In this document: positions 28,056 to 43,097 of the stretch, piece after piece
Numbering within the stretch: the stretch's first letter is position 1
How the letters are laid out: every line of letters starts with the position of its first letter
Assembly (NCBI GenBank): GCA_964016885.1
Contig: OZ024749.1
Span: 55,056,001-55,120,000, forward strand
DNA: 64,000 nt
Source: Eledone cirrhosa
Taxonomy: Eukaryota
Reading direction: 5' to 3'
Translations under genes and position numbers: made by a program
Notes under the pieces: model-generated
Seen by the model: the letters and a program-made list of their open reading frames with translations, nothing else
Told to the model about the DNA's origin: nothing
The model's database searches: none

Positions 28056-28086
<31 letters not shown>

Positions 28087-28090
28087 TAAT

Positions 28091-28202
28091 ACAGAGACGA
28101 TTTGTTAAATCTTCATTTCGTTTATTGATTGGTGACGCGCGTTTCGCTATTGATCAGCTGCTCAAGGTTCGATCTGTATCGATCTGGTCCGACTCTGGAA
28201 TC
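28091..28202 (-). mobile_element. Second copy of the 13327 repeat, abutting (TA)n
   Basis: The reverse complement aligns by eye to 13327-13435. Confidence 0.6.
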
Positions 28203-28245
28203 AAACACTCATTGGGCCTCTGCTGTAGTAATAACAGGTAGAATA

Positions 28246-28315
<70 letters not shown>

Positions 28316-28389
28316 AGAGTACTGTCAGTTTTAAAATAAGACCGTTACTCAGCAAATTACTGGAGCCTTTGGATGCTAGACTGAAAAAA

Positions 28390-28446
28390 TAGAGAGTGGT
28401 ATCCCGACGGCTGAGCTCTATCCGGTTCGACAGCAAATTCCAGACT
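28390..28446. repeat. Diverged single-arm fragment of family H
   Basis: cccgacggctgagctctatccggttcgacagcaaattccagac resembles cccgacggctgagctcaagccgtttcgacggctaattctggac. Confidence 0.6.
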
Positions 28447-28813
28447 ATATATATATATATATATATATGTAGATAAATCTACCAAGAGTTTACGGTAGTG
28501 TCCAATCCGTATGAAGAACTCAATGTAATCCGGATATCATGGAAAGAAGAGATGCAATGAAAAATCACTTTCGGTGAAAGATAAACGGAATACAGAGTCA
28601 AGATAAAATTATTATTATTTCCTAAGACGGCATATATATGTGTTGGTATGTATATTTAATTTTGATAGTTTGTATAATTTTGTATAATTTTGTACATAGA
28701 TCTGTTGAATATGCATGCCAATTCTAACACATATATATCCTAGAAACGATCGTTAAATAATGATCTTTTTTTGTTTAATATAAGGAACTGTTTCATTGTT
28801 TTATTCATTATTT

Positions 28814-28873
<60 letters not shown>

Positions 28874-29116
28874 CTTGGTGCAGCAGTTTAATTTAGAGGC
28901 CTTTCGTAGTAAGCTACAGTGTATGACAGATTCGATCGATCTACACAAACTTAAGAAAGAAATGATCACTAAATTTCGAAGAATTCTATATGAAAGTAGA
29001 AGAATGATTGATATAAGGAATAGAAACGTGACTTCACAAAATATGAAATTAATATGATGTTACAATATAATAGAATATATAGTTCCTTCCACAGTACATA
29101 GCCTATTTACCTACTA

Positions 29117-29148
<32 letters not shown>

Positions 29149-29373
29149 TATATATATATATCTGTAAACATATATGCATATATATATATATATTCTTATC
29201 TGTCTGTGTGTGTTTGTATGTGTGTGTATGTATATGTGTGTGTGCGTGTGTGTATAAAACACATTAACTGAAGCATATTCATTGAAAAACAGAATAGTCT
29301 GGCAAAATTTTAAATTCATTCTACCATATATTTGTTTGTTTGAATGTGTAATGTGTATATGTATGTATATATG

Positions 29374-29433
<60 letters not shown>

Positions 29434-29498
29434 TACATATATATATTAGATGTAGAAACATTGATATATATATATATACATATATATATATACATATA

Positions 29499-29544
<46 letters not shown>

Positions 29545-30327
29545 CATTTCATACAAATAATATACAATGTGTTATGCAAACATTAATATTGTTTACCTGA
29601 CATAAGGTTTCAAATTCTTCAAATAGCTGCAACTTTTGAGTGGACACAGACATTCTCTTCTTTACGTTGCTATGGTAACAATTGTTACGAATTTGCTTTA
29701 AGTATATAGGAGTAGAATTTTGATACAAAATTATCAACAAATTATCAAATATGATATTAAAAACGGAAATAATAATAAAAATAATATCATCGTTATTATT
29801 ATTATTATTATTATCATTACATCAGTCGTAGAAGTTGTAGAATAGCAGTAGTAGTAGAATTAGTATTAGTAGTAGTAGTAGTGGTAATAGTAGTAGTAGT
29901 AGTAGTAGCAGCAGCAGCAGCATCTACAGCAGCCCAGACTAGATGAAATGGGAAAAAATTTTGTGTATCTGTGTAAAAAAATATTAATATATATATATAC
30001 ATATTTGTATGTATTTGCTTGTGTTCCTGTGTAAATATATGTATTTATATATATATATATGTATATATGTGTGTATATATATATGTGTGTGTATATTATA
30101 TGTTTATATGTGTGTGAATATATATGTAGTATAGGGAGGGATGTATGTTGTAGTTTTTATTATTTGTGGAGAATAGATAGTATTAGAAAATATTGAACTT
30201 CAAAGAGAAATTACGATACAATCCATACTTAATATTTCAACGGTCCTTGTATTTTATATCGAATTAAATACAACTGAAGTACGCTTTGTTAATCTCCCCA
30301 TAAGCTCATACACACACTCATATATTC

Positions 30328-30380
<53 letters not shown>

Positions 30381-30519
30381 CATATATATACATATATTGT
30401 ATGTATATATATACATATATATACATATATATACATATATATACATATATATACATATATATACATATATATATACATATATATACATATATATATATAT
30501 AGTTATATATTTATATATA

Positions 30520-30670
30520 TATATATATATATTGTATATATATATATATATATTGTATATATATATATATATTGTATATATATATATATATATTGTATAT
30601 ATATATATATATATATATTGTATATATATATATATATATATATATTGTATATATATATATATATATATAT

Positions 30671-30706
<36 letters not shown>

Positions 30707-30726
30707 ATATATATATATATATATAT

Positions 30727-30757
<31 letters not shown>

Positions 30758-30945
30758 TGTATATATATATATATATATATATATTGTATATATATATATA
30801 TTGTATATATATATATATATATATTGTATATATATATATATATATATATATTGTATATATATATATATATATATATATTGTATATATATATATATTGTAT
30901 ATATATATATATATATATATTGTATATATATATATATATATATAT

Positions 30946-31014
<69 letters not shown>

Positions 31015-31116
31015 ATATATATATATATATATATATATTGTATATATATATATATATATATTGTATATATATATATATATTGTATATATATATATATATT
31101 GTATATATATATATAT

Positions 31117-31147
<31 letters not shown>

Positions 31148-31205
31148 TGTATATATATATATATATTGTATATTGTATATATATATATATTGTATATATA
31201 TATAT

Positions 31206-31241
<36 letters not shown>

Positions 31242-31403
31242 ATATATATATATATATATATATATTGTATATATATATATATATATATATATTGTATATA
31301 TATATATATATTGTATATATATATATATATATATATTGTATATATATATATATATTGTATATATATATATATAAATATATTGTATATATATATATATATA
31401 TAT

Positions 31404-31445
<42 letters not shown>

Positions 31446-31620
31446 ATATATATATATATATTGTATATATATATATATATTGTATATATATATATATATT
31501 GTATATATATATATATATTGTATATATATATATATATATATATATTGTATATATATATATATATATATATATTGTATATATATATATATATATATATTGT
31601 ATATATATATATATATATAT

Positions 31621-31674
<54 letters not shown>

Positions 31675-31695
31675 ATATATATATATATATATATA
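30520..31695. repeat. (TA)n array punctuated by TTG
   Basis: About 1.2 kb of variable-length TA runs separated by a constant 'ttg'. Confidence 0.95.
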
Positions 31696-31955
31696 CACAC
31701 TCATACAAATACACCTACAGATGTACAGGTACATATATCAAATACATCAGCACAGAGATAGGCCTACATTGAAACAAACACACACATCTACACACACACT
31801 CCTACACACATACCCCCCCCCCCCACACACACACAGACACCCATTGACACACAAGTACACACAGTCAAACGCATCAACAGAGACATTGGAGCGTGCACAG
31901 ACACACACAAGTAAATTGATGGAAACACATTATGCAATCCACCACATACGCACAC

Positions 31956-32000
<45 letters not shown>

Positions 32001-32146
32001 CGTATGCGTGTGTGTGATTGACCCAAGCTCAATTTAATATACATAAACCTGTAGATGTTTAGATAAAGGTACTATTAAACAAACTTGTATTACAACACAC
32101 ACACGTGTGTGTATAAAAATATATATATGTACATTATATATATATG

Positions 32147-32217
<71 letters not shown>

Positions 32218-32298
32218 GCGAGTGTGTGTGTGTTTACGTTCATATACGACAGGCAAAATAGATATAAAATTCAATTTAAATAATACATATATGTACAT

Positions 32299-32333
<35 letters not shown>

Positions 32334-32936
32334 CATAGGTATATATATAAATATATAGGTATATATATATGTTTATATGTATATATAAATATATATGTAT
32401 AAAATGTACACGTAGGTACACATGAGATAAATTTGTGAACGTATGATAGAGCTTAGGAAGTAATTCCATACGAGACTGTATATTGTATATTTAGTTTTAA
32501 TCTAATATATATTGTCTTTAAAGCAAGATATAATGTAATATTAATACAATGTAGATGCCTTTTGTAATAATGGCGTACTTGCCACTATACAGACACACAC
32601 ACACACTGATATATATATATACACGTATATATATTCATTAACACTCACACGCACGCATACATACACACCATATACATATATATATATTTATATATATATG
32701 TGTGTGTATATATATATATACATACATATATGTATATATACATATACATTTATGTATATATATACGCATACATATATGTATATATACATATATGTATATA
32801 TATACATACATATATGTATATATACATATATGTATATATATATATATACATACATATGGATGTACATATATACATATGTAATAGTATACATACATATATA
32901 TACATATGTATATACATATATATACATATATATATA

Positions 32937-33137
32937 ACGAAGGAAATGTGGTAAGGAACCAGGTGGACCATAACGCATCAAAGTACTCAATACTTAGGGT
33001 AGTAGAGTGGGTAATAGGAACGAGTAGGACCCCGACGGCTGAGCTCAAGCCGTTTCGACGGCTAATTCTGGACTGTCCAGAATTAGCCGTTGAAACGGCT
33101 TGAGCTCAGCCGTCGGGGTCCTACTCGTTCCTATTAC
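32937..33137. mobile_element. Hairpin element family H, copy 3
   Basis: 63-bp arms at 33011-33073 and 33075-33137 around a single T, with one mismatch. The tail 'acgaaggaaatgtggta...' is shared with copy 4. TA-rich arrays flank it. Confidence 0.85.
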
Positions 33138-33169
33138 ATATGTATATATATATATATATATATGTATAT

Positions 33170-33240
33170 GAAAAATTCGGGACCCCTACGGGTGAGCTCC
33201 GGCTGTTTCAACAGCTAGATTCGAACTGTTCGGATCTAGA
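33170..33240. repeat. Diverged relative of family H with only the short native hairpin
   Basis: ggacccctacgggtgagctccggctgtttcaacagctagattcgaac-t-gttcggatctag has the same layout as H, but symmetry is limited to about 12 bp. Confidence 0.55.
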
Positions 33241-33646
33241 GAGAAAGTCAGAAATAGAATATGTATGCCCATAGGCTTGCTTCCTTCCTCTTTTCCAACG
33301 CTATGCGCCACGGGACCTTGTTTCATATATCGAGGACACGAAGTGAGCTGGAATTATGTCCAGAATAGTGAGCGAGTTTAAATTCAATTATGAAGATATT
33401 TCATCTTTACAATGGATCTCTGCTTTACTTACAACGATCGATATCTCAATAAGTATCTGTCTAATAATGTATGTATATGGCTATGTATATAACTGTGTTT
33501 TCATCTCTTTTGAAGATATCACTACATACACACATCTCCGTCTCTCTCTCTGTATATATATTCATACGTGTGCGTGTATTTGTCTTTGTTTGTCTGTGTG
33601 TGTATATATATATATACGGTATATTGCCAAATATACTATACATACA

Positions 33647-33737
<91 letters not shown>

Positions 33738-34909
33738 TTATAATTTATATATGTATATATAAATTGGCATAGCATACGTAGTTAAATCTGTCTGGACATA
33801 GACCCCTCCCCCATGATACATTGACGAAGACAGTTCTGCTTACTTTGAAGTATATTTGTCCACTTTGATTGCGTTATTTCATCGGTTGTGGACACTTCTG
33901 ATTACTGTTTGAGTTTGTACGCCATTGCCTGTTTACACAAGAGCATGTGACTCTCGTAATCAATGGAATCGGTAATAAGGTGGTGGCAGATCCATAACGA
34001 TAGTGATCATTGTATTTCATGTGGTATCAATAGATTTTACATAAGTACTTATGAGAAATGTCGGTTCAAACAGCTTTCAACATTTTCTGATAATGATTGA
34101 TTTAGAAATTTACGTGTTTCTTCTCACACACTCATACACATCATCAAACTTACACAAATGCAGCATTAAAAGCATATAAACGCATACGCGATCAAAAACA
34201 TATACACACATACAGGTTTACACACATATAGGTACTTGTTTGTTCAATTAATCTAAAATCAATTTCAATTGTCTAGCTCGTGGTCAACTATACTACGTTA
34301 TCAAACATTGTATTTCGTTGCAGACATATTCCATGCAACAGACATTTTAAAACTTTCTCGTCGTATGGTTATTGTCATCAGATTTATTGAAACATGCTGA
34401 CTGTGTTTCATGTGTAAAAACTATAAAACTTATATCATCTGTGAAAACCTATTGTTTCCACATACAGCAACGCCAAGCTAATGGAAAACTAAATGGAAAC
34501 GCACTTGATTTGTTGAAATCTATTTCTTTTCAGGACGACCATCAATGTGATTTCCATTATATCTCATTTACTGAGAACTTTCTGTGGTATAAATCACGTA
34601 TCGAATATTTGATTGAGCCACAGTAGGAGGCGGTAGTTAAATGTCCCTCAAATAAGAGTCTACTAAATTTAAAAAAATAAAAAAATATTGAATATAGATC
34701 GATCGAATCAATCGACAAGGTCCAAATCAGACCAAAGGAAACAATGTTTCCATTGGTCTTGCCATTGCTGATACTATCTACTGGTCAAAACCCCTGGCAG
34801 AAGGAGCAACGTGAAATAAAGTTTCTTTCTTAATTTAAAATTAATGATACACACACGCCATCTTGCAGATACAAACCGTCCATTACAGATTTTTATATAA
34901 ACAACCATG

Positions 34910-35090
34910 TGTATGTTGAGTGTAGGATGACTATGAAGGAGTGGTGCTAGCGCTGTGAATTGTTGTATCCATTCATTTCAAATATTCTTATTAATAACAG
35001 CATTGTTTCTTTCTAGGGACTATGTTGGAAAATAAACCTCATTTGGTCATTCCATGAATGTATCTTAGTCAGCCGACCCTTCAACATACA
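34910..35090 (-). mobile_element. Mariner-like MITE, second copy with shortened TIRs
   Basis: The interior aligns to the reverse complement of 40040-40170. The termini tgtatgttga / tcaacataca are perfectly inverted. Confidence 0.65.
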
Positions 35091-35439
35091 TATAAATGTC
35101 AGTGTGTGTGTGTGAGCGTATATGTGTAGGGTTGTTTATGCATGACAATTCCTGTCACTATTATTAATGTTAAAAAGTTGGTGATATTTCTAGAGGAAAG
35201 TTGCTCCCGTTTATACCTCGTTTCCTGTCATACTCTGATCCCCCAAAATGTCGGTTATTTTGAAGTGAAACAGGCAACGCCCTAAACGAAAGATTGCTGT
35301 GGAATGTTAAACGATGAACCTCTCTCTCGGACATTAAGCAGGTGGTTCGTTTTCCTAAATATGTCCGAAAACGTACAATAACTTTGCCACCAACGAACAC
35401 CACCTAGACCACCAACAACACTCCTTACTTCCAACACCA

Positions 35440-35667
35440 AAACTACACCACTACTAACCCACTACTACACCACTACTACACCAAAACTACACCACTACTA
35501 ACCCACTACTACACCACTACTAACCCACTACTAACCCACTACTACACCACTACTACACCACTACTAACCCACTACTACACCACTACTACACCACTACTAA
35601 CCCACTACTACACCACTACTACACCACTACTAACCCACTACTAACCCACTACTACACCACTACTAAC
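35440..35667. repeat. 11-bp minisatellite (cactactaacc / cactactacac)
   Basis: Two unit variants are interspersed over about 230 bp. Confidence 0.9.
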
Positions 35668-35761
35668 TCCAACATCCTTTCTACCACCACAACCAGCCAC
35701 ATTATTGCAAGCTAGATTCAAAATATTTCTATAACATCATTTATTCAGAAAATATATAATC

Positions 35762-35805
<44 letters not shown>

Positions 35806-36365
35806 AGGTATATCTGCGTGTATTTCATTACTATATATATATATATATGATATTCGACAAGGTGAGAGAGTTCATGGTTATGTTTTGTTTAATTACAAAT
35901 TATTTCAGATTCCAATGATATAATCACCATTTTTGTTTTCAAATCCTATAATATGTATTTAAAAAAACACAATATTATTAAATTCTATTATTTCACATTA
36001 TTTTTAAAACAATGAAAATTGCAGACATGACATTATAGCAAACAACAGCAGCAAGAATTTTATAATCATCACAAATATGGAATACATATTTATTTATAAA
36101 TATATCAACATCTTCCCCTCCCCACACACATAACAAAGAAATTATTAACACAAACAATTGCAGGAGTATCTACGTGGTTGCGCGACATGCGAAAATAGCA
36201 GCCAATAACCACGGCTTGCGTTCTTCCAAGTATATTTCTTCTTTATTTTTGACAACTATCTCTTCCTTCTGTTTCAATTTTCGATAGGTTTTAGCCTTCC
36301 TTCTCTATCTCAAATGAAGATTAATTTAAATTATGAATTCATTAGGTATGCTTGTGTCCCCATTG

Positions 36366-36408
<43 letters not shown>

Positions 36409-36436
36409 CAATGGGTGCACAAGCATGCCTGATGAA

Positions 36437-36506
<70 letters not shown>

Positions 36507-36879
36507 AAGATGCACATAATATATATATCTAATATAACGCTTAGAATATTACATATATATATACATACATTCACTTACATATATACACATACATATATAT
36601 GCGCATCTATATTTTTAGGGCTCACTTCTATTAAAAAAAGACGAACATTTCTTTATCAGTAAAAGAAATAGTATTGAAATAACTCCTATAGACAGCCATG
36701 ACCTAAATGTGGAAATACGTGGGCGGGAAACCCTCTTGTTATGTACTTTTACCTCTGACATTTTCACAGATAACAATGTCTTCTGCTACGTCAGCATCAC
36801 CCAGAGCCATCGTAGTCGCCATCTTTGTCATCAATCACTATTATTTTAAACATCATCAATGCCATTATTGTCTGTCCCT

Positions 36880-37247
36880 TCATCATCCTCATTGTCAACA
36901 TTGAATCATCATCATCATCACCATCAATATCATCATCATCGTTATCATCAATATCCTCCTCTCTTATCATCATCATTATGCTCTTTACCATCATCATCGT
37001 CATCATCATCATCACCATCAATACCATCATCATCATCATCATCATCATCTTCATCATCTTCTTTACCATCATCGTCATCATCATCATCATTATCACCATC
37101 AATACCATCATCATCTTCTTCATCATCCTCTTTACCACCATCGTTATCATCATCATCATCATCATCATCATCAATAATATCATTTTCACCCTCCTCATCA
37201 TCATAATCCTCTTTACCATCATCGCTAACATCATCATCAACCTCTTT

Positions 37248-37279
<32 letters not shown>

Positions 37280-37378
37280 CAATATCATCATCAGCTTATC
37301 CTCTTTATCACCATCGTTATCATCATCATGGTATACGGTGCCATCATCATCATTGTATACGGTGCCATCATCATCATA
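36880..37378. repeat. Degenerate (ATC)n array
   Basis: Direct reading; 'ctttacc' and 'caatacc' recur as landmarks. Confidence 0.9.
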
Positions 37379-37609
37379 ATCTCCCCCTCCCCCCTTATCC
37401 AGATCTCTATTTTATCCACACATTCTTAAAGGGAACAAAACAAACCAAAGTCTAAAATAGAGTGACACTAACGAGGGGGGACAATGTCAACAAAAAGAAA
37501 CAAAGACATTAAAAAAACTTTGTCATTGATCATCGAGATAATATTTGAAATGTAATACAATGTCTTTCTAGAAACAGACACGTGTAGGACAGCCATATTA
37601 TGTTTAAAA

Positions 37610-38065
37610 CCTTCTCAGGCTTGACTCTTCCTTCCAGGGTTAATAAAATAAAGTACTAGGCAAGTTCTGGGTTTGATATAAAATTGACTGTGTCCTCACT
37701 ACAAATTGTTGGTCCTGTGCCTAAATTAGAATATATTATTTTGCTTTTCATCCTTACGGGGTCTAAAAATTAAGGTAGCAGTAACGTACTGGGGTCGATT
37801 TAATCGACTGTACCCTCCCTACAAATTTTAGGCTTTGCGCCTCAATTCAAATTTATTATTTTTCCGTTCTTTCGTACCTTCATGTAGGAAGATATTTTTT
37901 CCCTTTTTCCTCCATATATTGATTTTTAATTTAGATACAAGGCCAGCAGGTTTGTAGGGAATGAGAAATTAGATTATATAGACCCTCCCCCAGTACAATA
38001 CTGGTACATACTTTATTTTAATGACCCTAGAATGACGAATGTTAAATTTGACCTCAGCTGGATCT
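37610..38065. mobile_element. Cluster of three partial SINE copies (two +, one -)
   Basis: The core motif taaaataaagtac/gtcgatttaatcgac recurs at about 37640, 37765 and (inverted) 38000. Confidence 0.65.
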
Positions 38066-38314
38066 AGGTATGGGTCATGGGGGGGGGGGGGGGGTCCGTC
38101 GTCTTGTCATAAAAATCTGTATCTCTGTGTTTAAATTATTATTGACATTGACTTTTGTTGAAGTTGACATGACAAAACAATGGAGTTGGTGTTGGAGTTG
38201 ATAGGGAAAGGAATGAAAGAATTAGAATATCATTGATTGAGTAAATGTAACAACAAAAAGAACCAAAACTACTACAATTGGTGCTGCTGTTACTACTACT
38301 ACTACTACTGTTGG

Positions 38315-38538
38315 TAATAATTGTTTCTTATATAGGCACAAGGCCAGTAATTTGTGGGAAGGGGGAAAGTCGATTAAATCGACTCCAGTGCGTGACTGGT
38401 ACTTTATTTTATCGACCCCCGTCAGGATGAAAGGCAAAGTTAACCTCGGCGGGATTTGAACTCAGAATGGAAAGGGCCGTAACTCTTTACGTCAAAGCAT
38501 GGCGTCCGACCCTCTACCGATACTGCCAATACACCGCC
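38315..38538 (-). mobile_element. Major SINE family, full-length
   Basis: Reverse complement of the 16368-type consensus, including the 5' head ggcggtgtattggcagtatcggtagagggtcggacg. Confidence 0.88.
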
Positions 38539-38615
38539 TATAAATATTGTTTATAACAATTAATAAAAAAGATATCAAACATGAAAAATTACATCAAAAT
38601 AAAATAATAATATCA

Positions 38616-38649
<34 letters not shown>

Positions 38650-38799
38650 ATAGTTCGGAATAAGAGAAATGTCATTTATTAGTTTCAATAATCCCTTTTG
38701 TAAATATTCCGATCGACTCGACACCGTTTCTCAGATATTTTAGTTGTCTGTTCTCTATTTCTACAAAACTAACTCCCAACCTAAACACAAACATTATCA

Positions 38800-39458
38800 T
38801 AACATCCACCACCACCACCACGTCTAGAACCTTCCACCCCCACATCAACAAACACAACCACCACCACCACCACCACCACCACCACGAACGCCTCGTCTAG
38901 AATCTCCCCACCCCCCACCAACAAACACAACCACCACCTACACCAACTACAACTACAACCATATCTGTAGCCATCATCACAATCACAACAATTTCCATAT
39001 CCACATCCGCTGCCAAAACTATCACCAACACCACCACCACAACCTCAACCACAAACACAAGGACCACCACCACCACAACAGCAGCCACTACCACCGCAGT
39101 CACAGCTACGACCACCACCACGACCACCACCACAACAACCACCACAAGATCCACCACCGCCACCCCAACCTCACCCACAAGGACCACCACCACCACAGCT
39201 ACATTCACGACCATCACCACCACCAACACCACCACAACCTCAATCACAATCTGAAGGACCACCACCACATCCACCACCACCACATCCACCACCACATCCA
39301 CCACCACATCCACCACCACCACCACCACGACCACAAGGACCATCACCACAACCACCACAACCTCAAGGACCGCCACATCCACCACCACATCCACCACAGC
39401 CACGACCACAAGGACCACTACCACCACCACCATCACAGCCACGACCACAACCACAACC
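38800..39458. repeat. Degenerate (ACC)n array
   Basis: Direct reading of the sequence. Confidence 0.9.
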
Positions 39459-39997
39459 GGAAACGCCGAAACAGTGGGCGAGTCGCGTGTGGAATAGTGT
39501 ACACTAAAACACATCATGTAATTAAGCGAGGGAGCTTTTATTTGTAATCTGACGTAAATCGCGTGATGTTTTGGCCCAGCTGTACGAAGAGTTTCACTCT
39601 TTATCATATTCAGTACGGGAAATAATCTATTTTATCTGTCATAGCATTTTCAATGACATCCTTTCATCGTTTTTGTTTTGAATTCTATTCTAGTTTTGAC
39701 GGCGAAACACCAACCAAACGTAGTTACACTGTTTAACTATCTTCCTTTTGTTTATGATTCACTTCAACAATAAATGATAATATCATTTGCCTCAGATATA
39801 TTCGCCGCACGCACAGATACACTCCTACACTCACACACACACACTCCTACCCAAGCACACACACACACCTACACTCACACACACTCATACACTCACACAC
39901 AAACACACACTCACACACACATACACTCCTACACACACACACACACTCCTACACTCACACACAAACACACAAATACAAGTACTCACATGCACGCTCA

Positions 39998-40199
39998 CAG
40001 AAGATGGGCTGAAAAATTAATAGGCTAAAAAGTTCATAGTTTGACCAAGATACTCTCATGGAATGACCAAGTGAGGTTTATTTTTCAACATAGTCCGTGG
40101 AAGGAAACAATGCAGTTAATAATAATGCATGCAATATTTCACAGCTCTAGCATCACTCCTTCGTAGTCAGCCTAGGAATTTTTCAGCCCAACCTCATGC
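39998..40199 (+). mobile_element. Mariner-like MITE
   Basis: Imperfect TIRs tgggctgaaaaattaataggct / agcctaggaatttttcagccca. The ~200-bp interior is shared with 34910-35090 in the opposite orientation. Confidence 0.7.
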
Positions 40200-41019
40200 A
40201 TACATTACATACATAGATATATACATATATACAGACATATACACAAACGAGGGTGATGTATATATGTGTGGTTGTGTATGCGTATATATCTATAACTACA
40301 ATTTATCTTCTTAGATATGTATATTGCCAGGCATATACCTAGATCGATACAGAGATAAATGTATATGGAATGAGATATATCGATCAATCGATATGTATAG
40401 ATATACACATATATATATATATATAGGGAGAGGAGAGAGAGAGAGAGAAAGGGAGAAATAGATTGAGATAGATGAATAGATAGATATATTAGATGTAAAA
40501 TTATGTGAAGAAAGTTACTATCTTCTCTAAGATAGATGTCATTTGCAATTTAAAAGATAGTTGTGTTGACATAGATTCAGTGGAACAGATATCTGATTAT
40601 CAAGTCCCTTAACTCCAATACGCACAACTACATCTCGTTGTGTGTGAGTCCCAGCAGCAGGAAAGAACTATTGGATATAATCCAATAATCAATTATAGTT
40701 TATCTATTGGACCATGTTCTCATAGCAGCATCCACAGTTAAAGAGGCCCAAAGGGTAGTTTAGCATTAAGTTCTAGAATTGAGGAAAACTGTCACATGAT
40801 TTACTGAAGAATACTACTGATGCTTATTATGCCAACAGAAATATATGGGGGTGGGGTGGCTCTGGGGGTCGTTTGGGAGCGCGAAGGGGAGTATGGGAGA
40901 AATGTAATCCTCCGAAGTACATTGTAGTTGAAGTAAACCAACAATCCAGAATATTAAAAGAAAAGAGAAAATACAATTATCAAATAAATCCATTCACACA
41001 CGGAGACACACACACACAC

Positions 41020-41067
<48 letters not shown>

Positions 41068-41108
41068 ATACGCACACACTATCGTATACAACTGCGTGCA
41101 TATATATA

Positions 41109-41151
<43 letters not shown>

Positions 41152-41214
41152 CTATCTTTGTATGTATATGTATAATTACGTATCTAGGCATGCATCTATA
41201 TCTATATATCTATG

Positions 41215-41299
<85 letters not shown>

Positions 41300-41419
41300 A
41301 TATATCTGTATATCTGTATATGTCTATCTATATGTATATGTACGTATGTATTTAAATGTGTGTGTGCGTGTAATTGTGTCTCTCTGTGTAGACTATACAA
41401 ACCCATGCTGTGTATTTTG

Positions 41420-41461
<42 letters not shown>

Positions 41462-41866
41462 CTGTATGTAATTTACAAATTATATTGTTAACTGATCATA
41501 AATAAAGCGGTCAAGAATGTAGTTGTGATGCTCAGCAGAATGGATCATATAGAGATATATTTAAATATATCAGTAGAGCCTGCAACGGGTTATTCAATAT
41601 CATAAATACGTCCTGCAATACCAGTAGCTATGACATTCACACACACATACACACTCACACGCACACAGACACACACAGACACACAGACACACACAGAGAC
41701 ACACACATTCACACGGACACAGACAGACGCACACACTCATGTACATTTCAACTATATGTTGCTTAGTTCCTACACAGGATTAAGACTTATTCATCCACGT
41801 ATACTGCAGATGCAAATCCAAGGATTCAAACTCCGCTAATGCCTCAATAAAAAAAAATAACAATAT

Positions 41867-42096
41867 TAATGGTTTCTGATTTAGGCACCAGGCCAACAAT
41901 TTGTTGGGGGGGGGGGGGGGGGGGGGGGGGAGAAGTCGATTAAACAACCCCAGTGCGTTACTGGTACTGTATTTTATCGACCCCGTAAGGGTGAAATGCA
42001 AAGCTAACCTCGGTGGGATTTGAACTCAGCACGTAAAGGGACGTAACTTTATGTCGCGAAGCAGGTTGTCCGATTCTCTACCGATAATTCCAATCC
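41867..42096 (-). mobile_element. Major SINE family, full-length with an expanded G-run
   Basis: Same core on the minus strand. Confidence 0.82.
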
Positions 42097-42549
42097 ATAT
42101 TATTGCAGAAAATAGATTTGCTAGGAACAACCAATATTTTTCCCCCTTCTTCCTAAATCTCGGAATTCACGAACAAGGGGCTGTACAGCGCTCTATCCAG
42201 CCGCCTGTCTAACGATAAAGGATCTGTCGCTATAAAAAATCACATAATTTCTTGCAACACAAACAAACTGTTCAATCCCAAATCCGAACTATTATCAAAA
42301 TATAAATTAGATGAAACAAATAACAAAGAGATTAATGTAGTAATAACAGCAAGAGAAGAAAAAAAAATAGACCTGAGGAGGTGAAATGATCGCAAGAGAT
42401 GTGATCGTTGAAAAACAAACAAACATGAACCGCTAGAGGCTAAAACATATAACATAAATAATAAACTTGTAGATCACTAGGATTTATTATGATCCGAAAC
42501 TTGTAGTTAAAATATATAACATCCACATATAAGCTGGTAGCACAGCAGA

Positions 42550-43066
42550 GTAGTGAAATATCGAAGGAAGTGTATGAGATAACAAACGACTAGCTCTCTG
42601 AATGGGAAGCATTCTAAATCCCTGTTATAAACGTAACGGAACATTTTACAAACACATAACCTACAAAACCTTAACTGCAATAAAACCCCTGATAAGACAT
42701 AAACATCTGCAACAAATCAACCTAGAAAAGCAGAAGGGTGTTGCTAATTTCACATGGCTGTAGAAATCAATGGCTGATAACTCAAGCCATAACAAAAGAT
42801 TGTAAAATGTGAAATAAGGTTGTGAATAAAGCATGGATCGACTATGAGAAAGCTTTTGAAAGTGTTCCCTACACACGAATCTTAGAAACATTAGCTGTGA
42901 GTAAATATCAGTAGCAATACGTATAAACATTAAACCCGTATGAGTAAATGGCAAACAATCTCGACAGATACAGAAAAATGAGGGAATCAAGAAAGCTAAC
43001 TCCATCTCTATTACACGAGAAGTATTCCAATATGTCTCTATTTATTTTTCTTCCCATCCTCTTTTT

Positions 43067-43097
<31 letters not shown>

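Larger units (their letters stand above)
27471..28056. mobile_element. ORF-less HHR element with an inverted 5' copy and a partial tandem repeat (pseudo-LTR-like)
   Basis: 27471-27652 is the reverse complement of about 27839-28021. 27652-27744 is directly repeated at 27964-28056 (period 312 nt). It is flanked by (TA)n on the left and an A-run plus (TA)n on the right. Confidence 0.85.

Noticed and set aside
30520-31695. Regularly punctuated array as a possible CRISPR-like structure
   Set aside because: There are no unique spacers and no cas genes, and the context is eukaryotic.
30318-32017. Long ORFs (300-480 aa) of IY repeats; likewise 55526-58954 and many shorter ones
   Set aside because: They are translations of (TA)n arrays, which lack stops in most frames, and have no protein-like composition.
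36429-36436. CTGATGA inside the 36-bp inverted repeat
   Set aside because: It runs directly into (TA)n with no stem II or GAAA.
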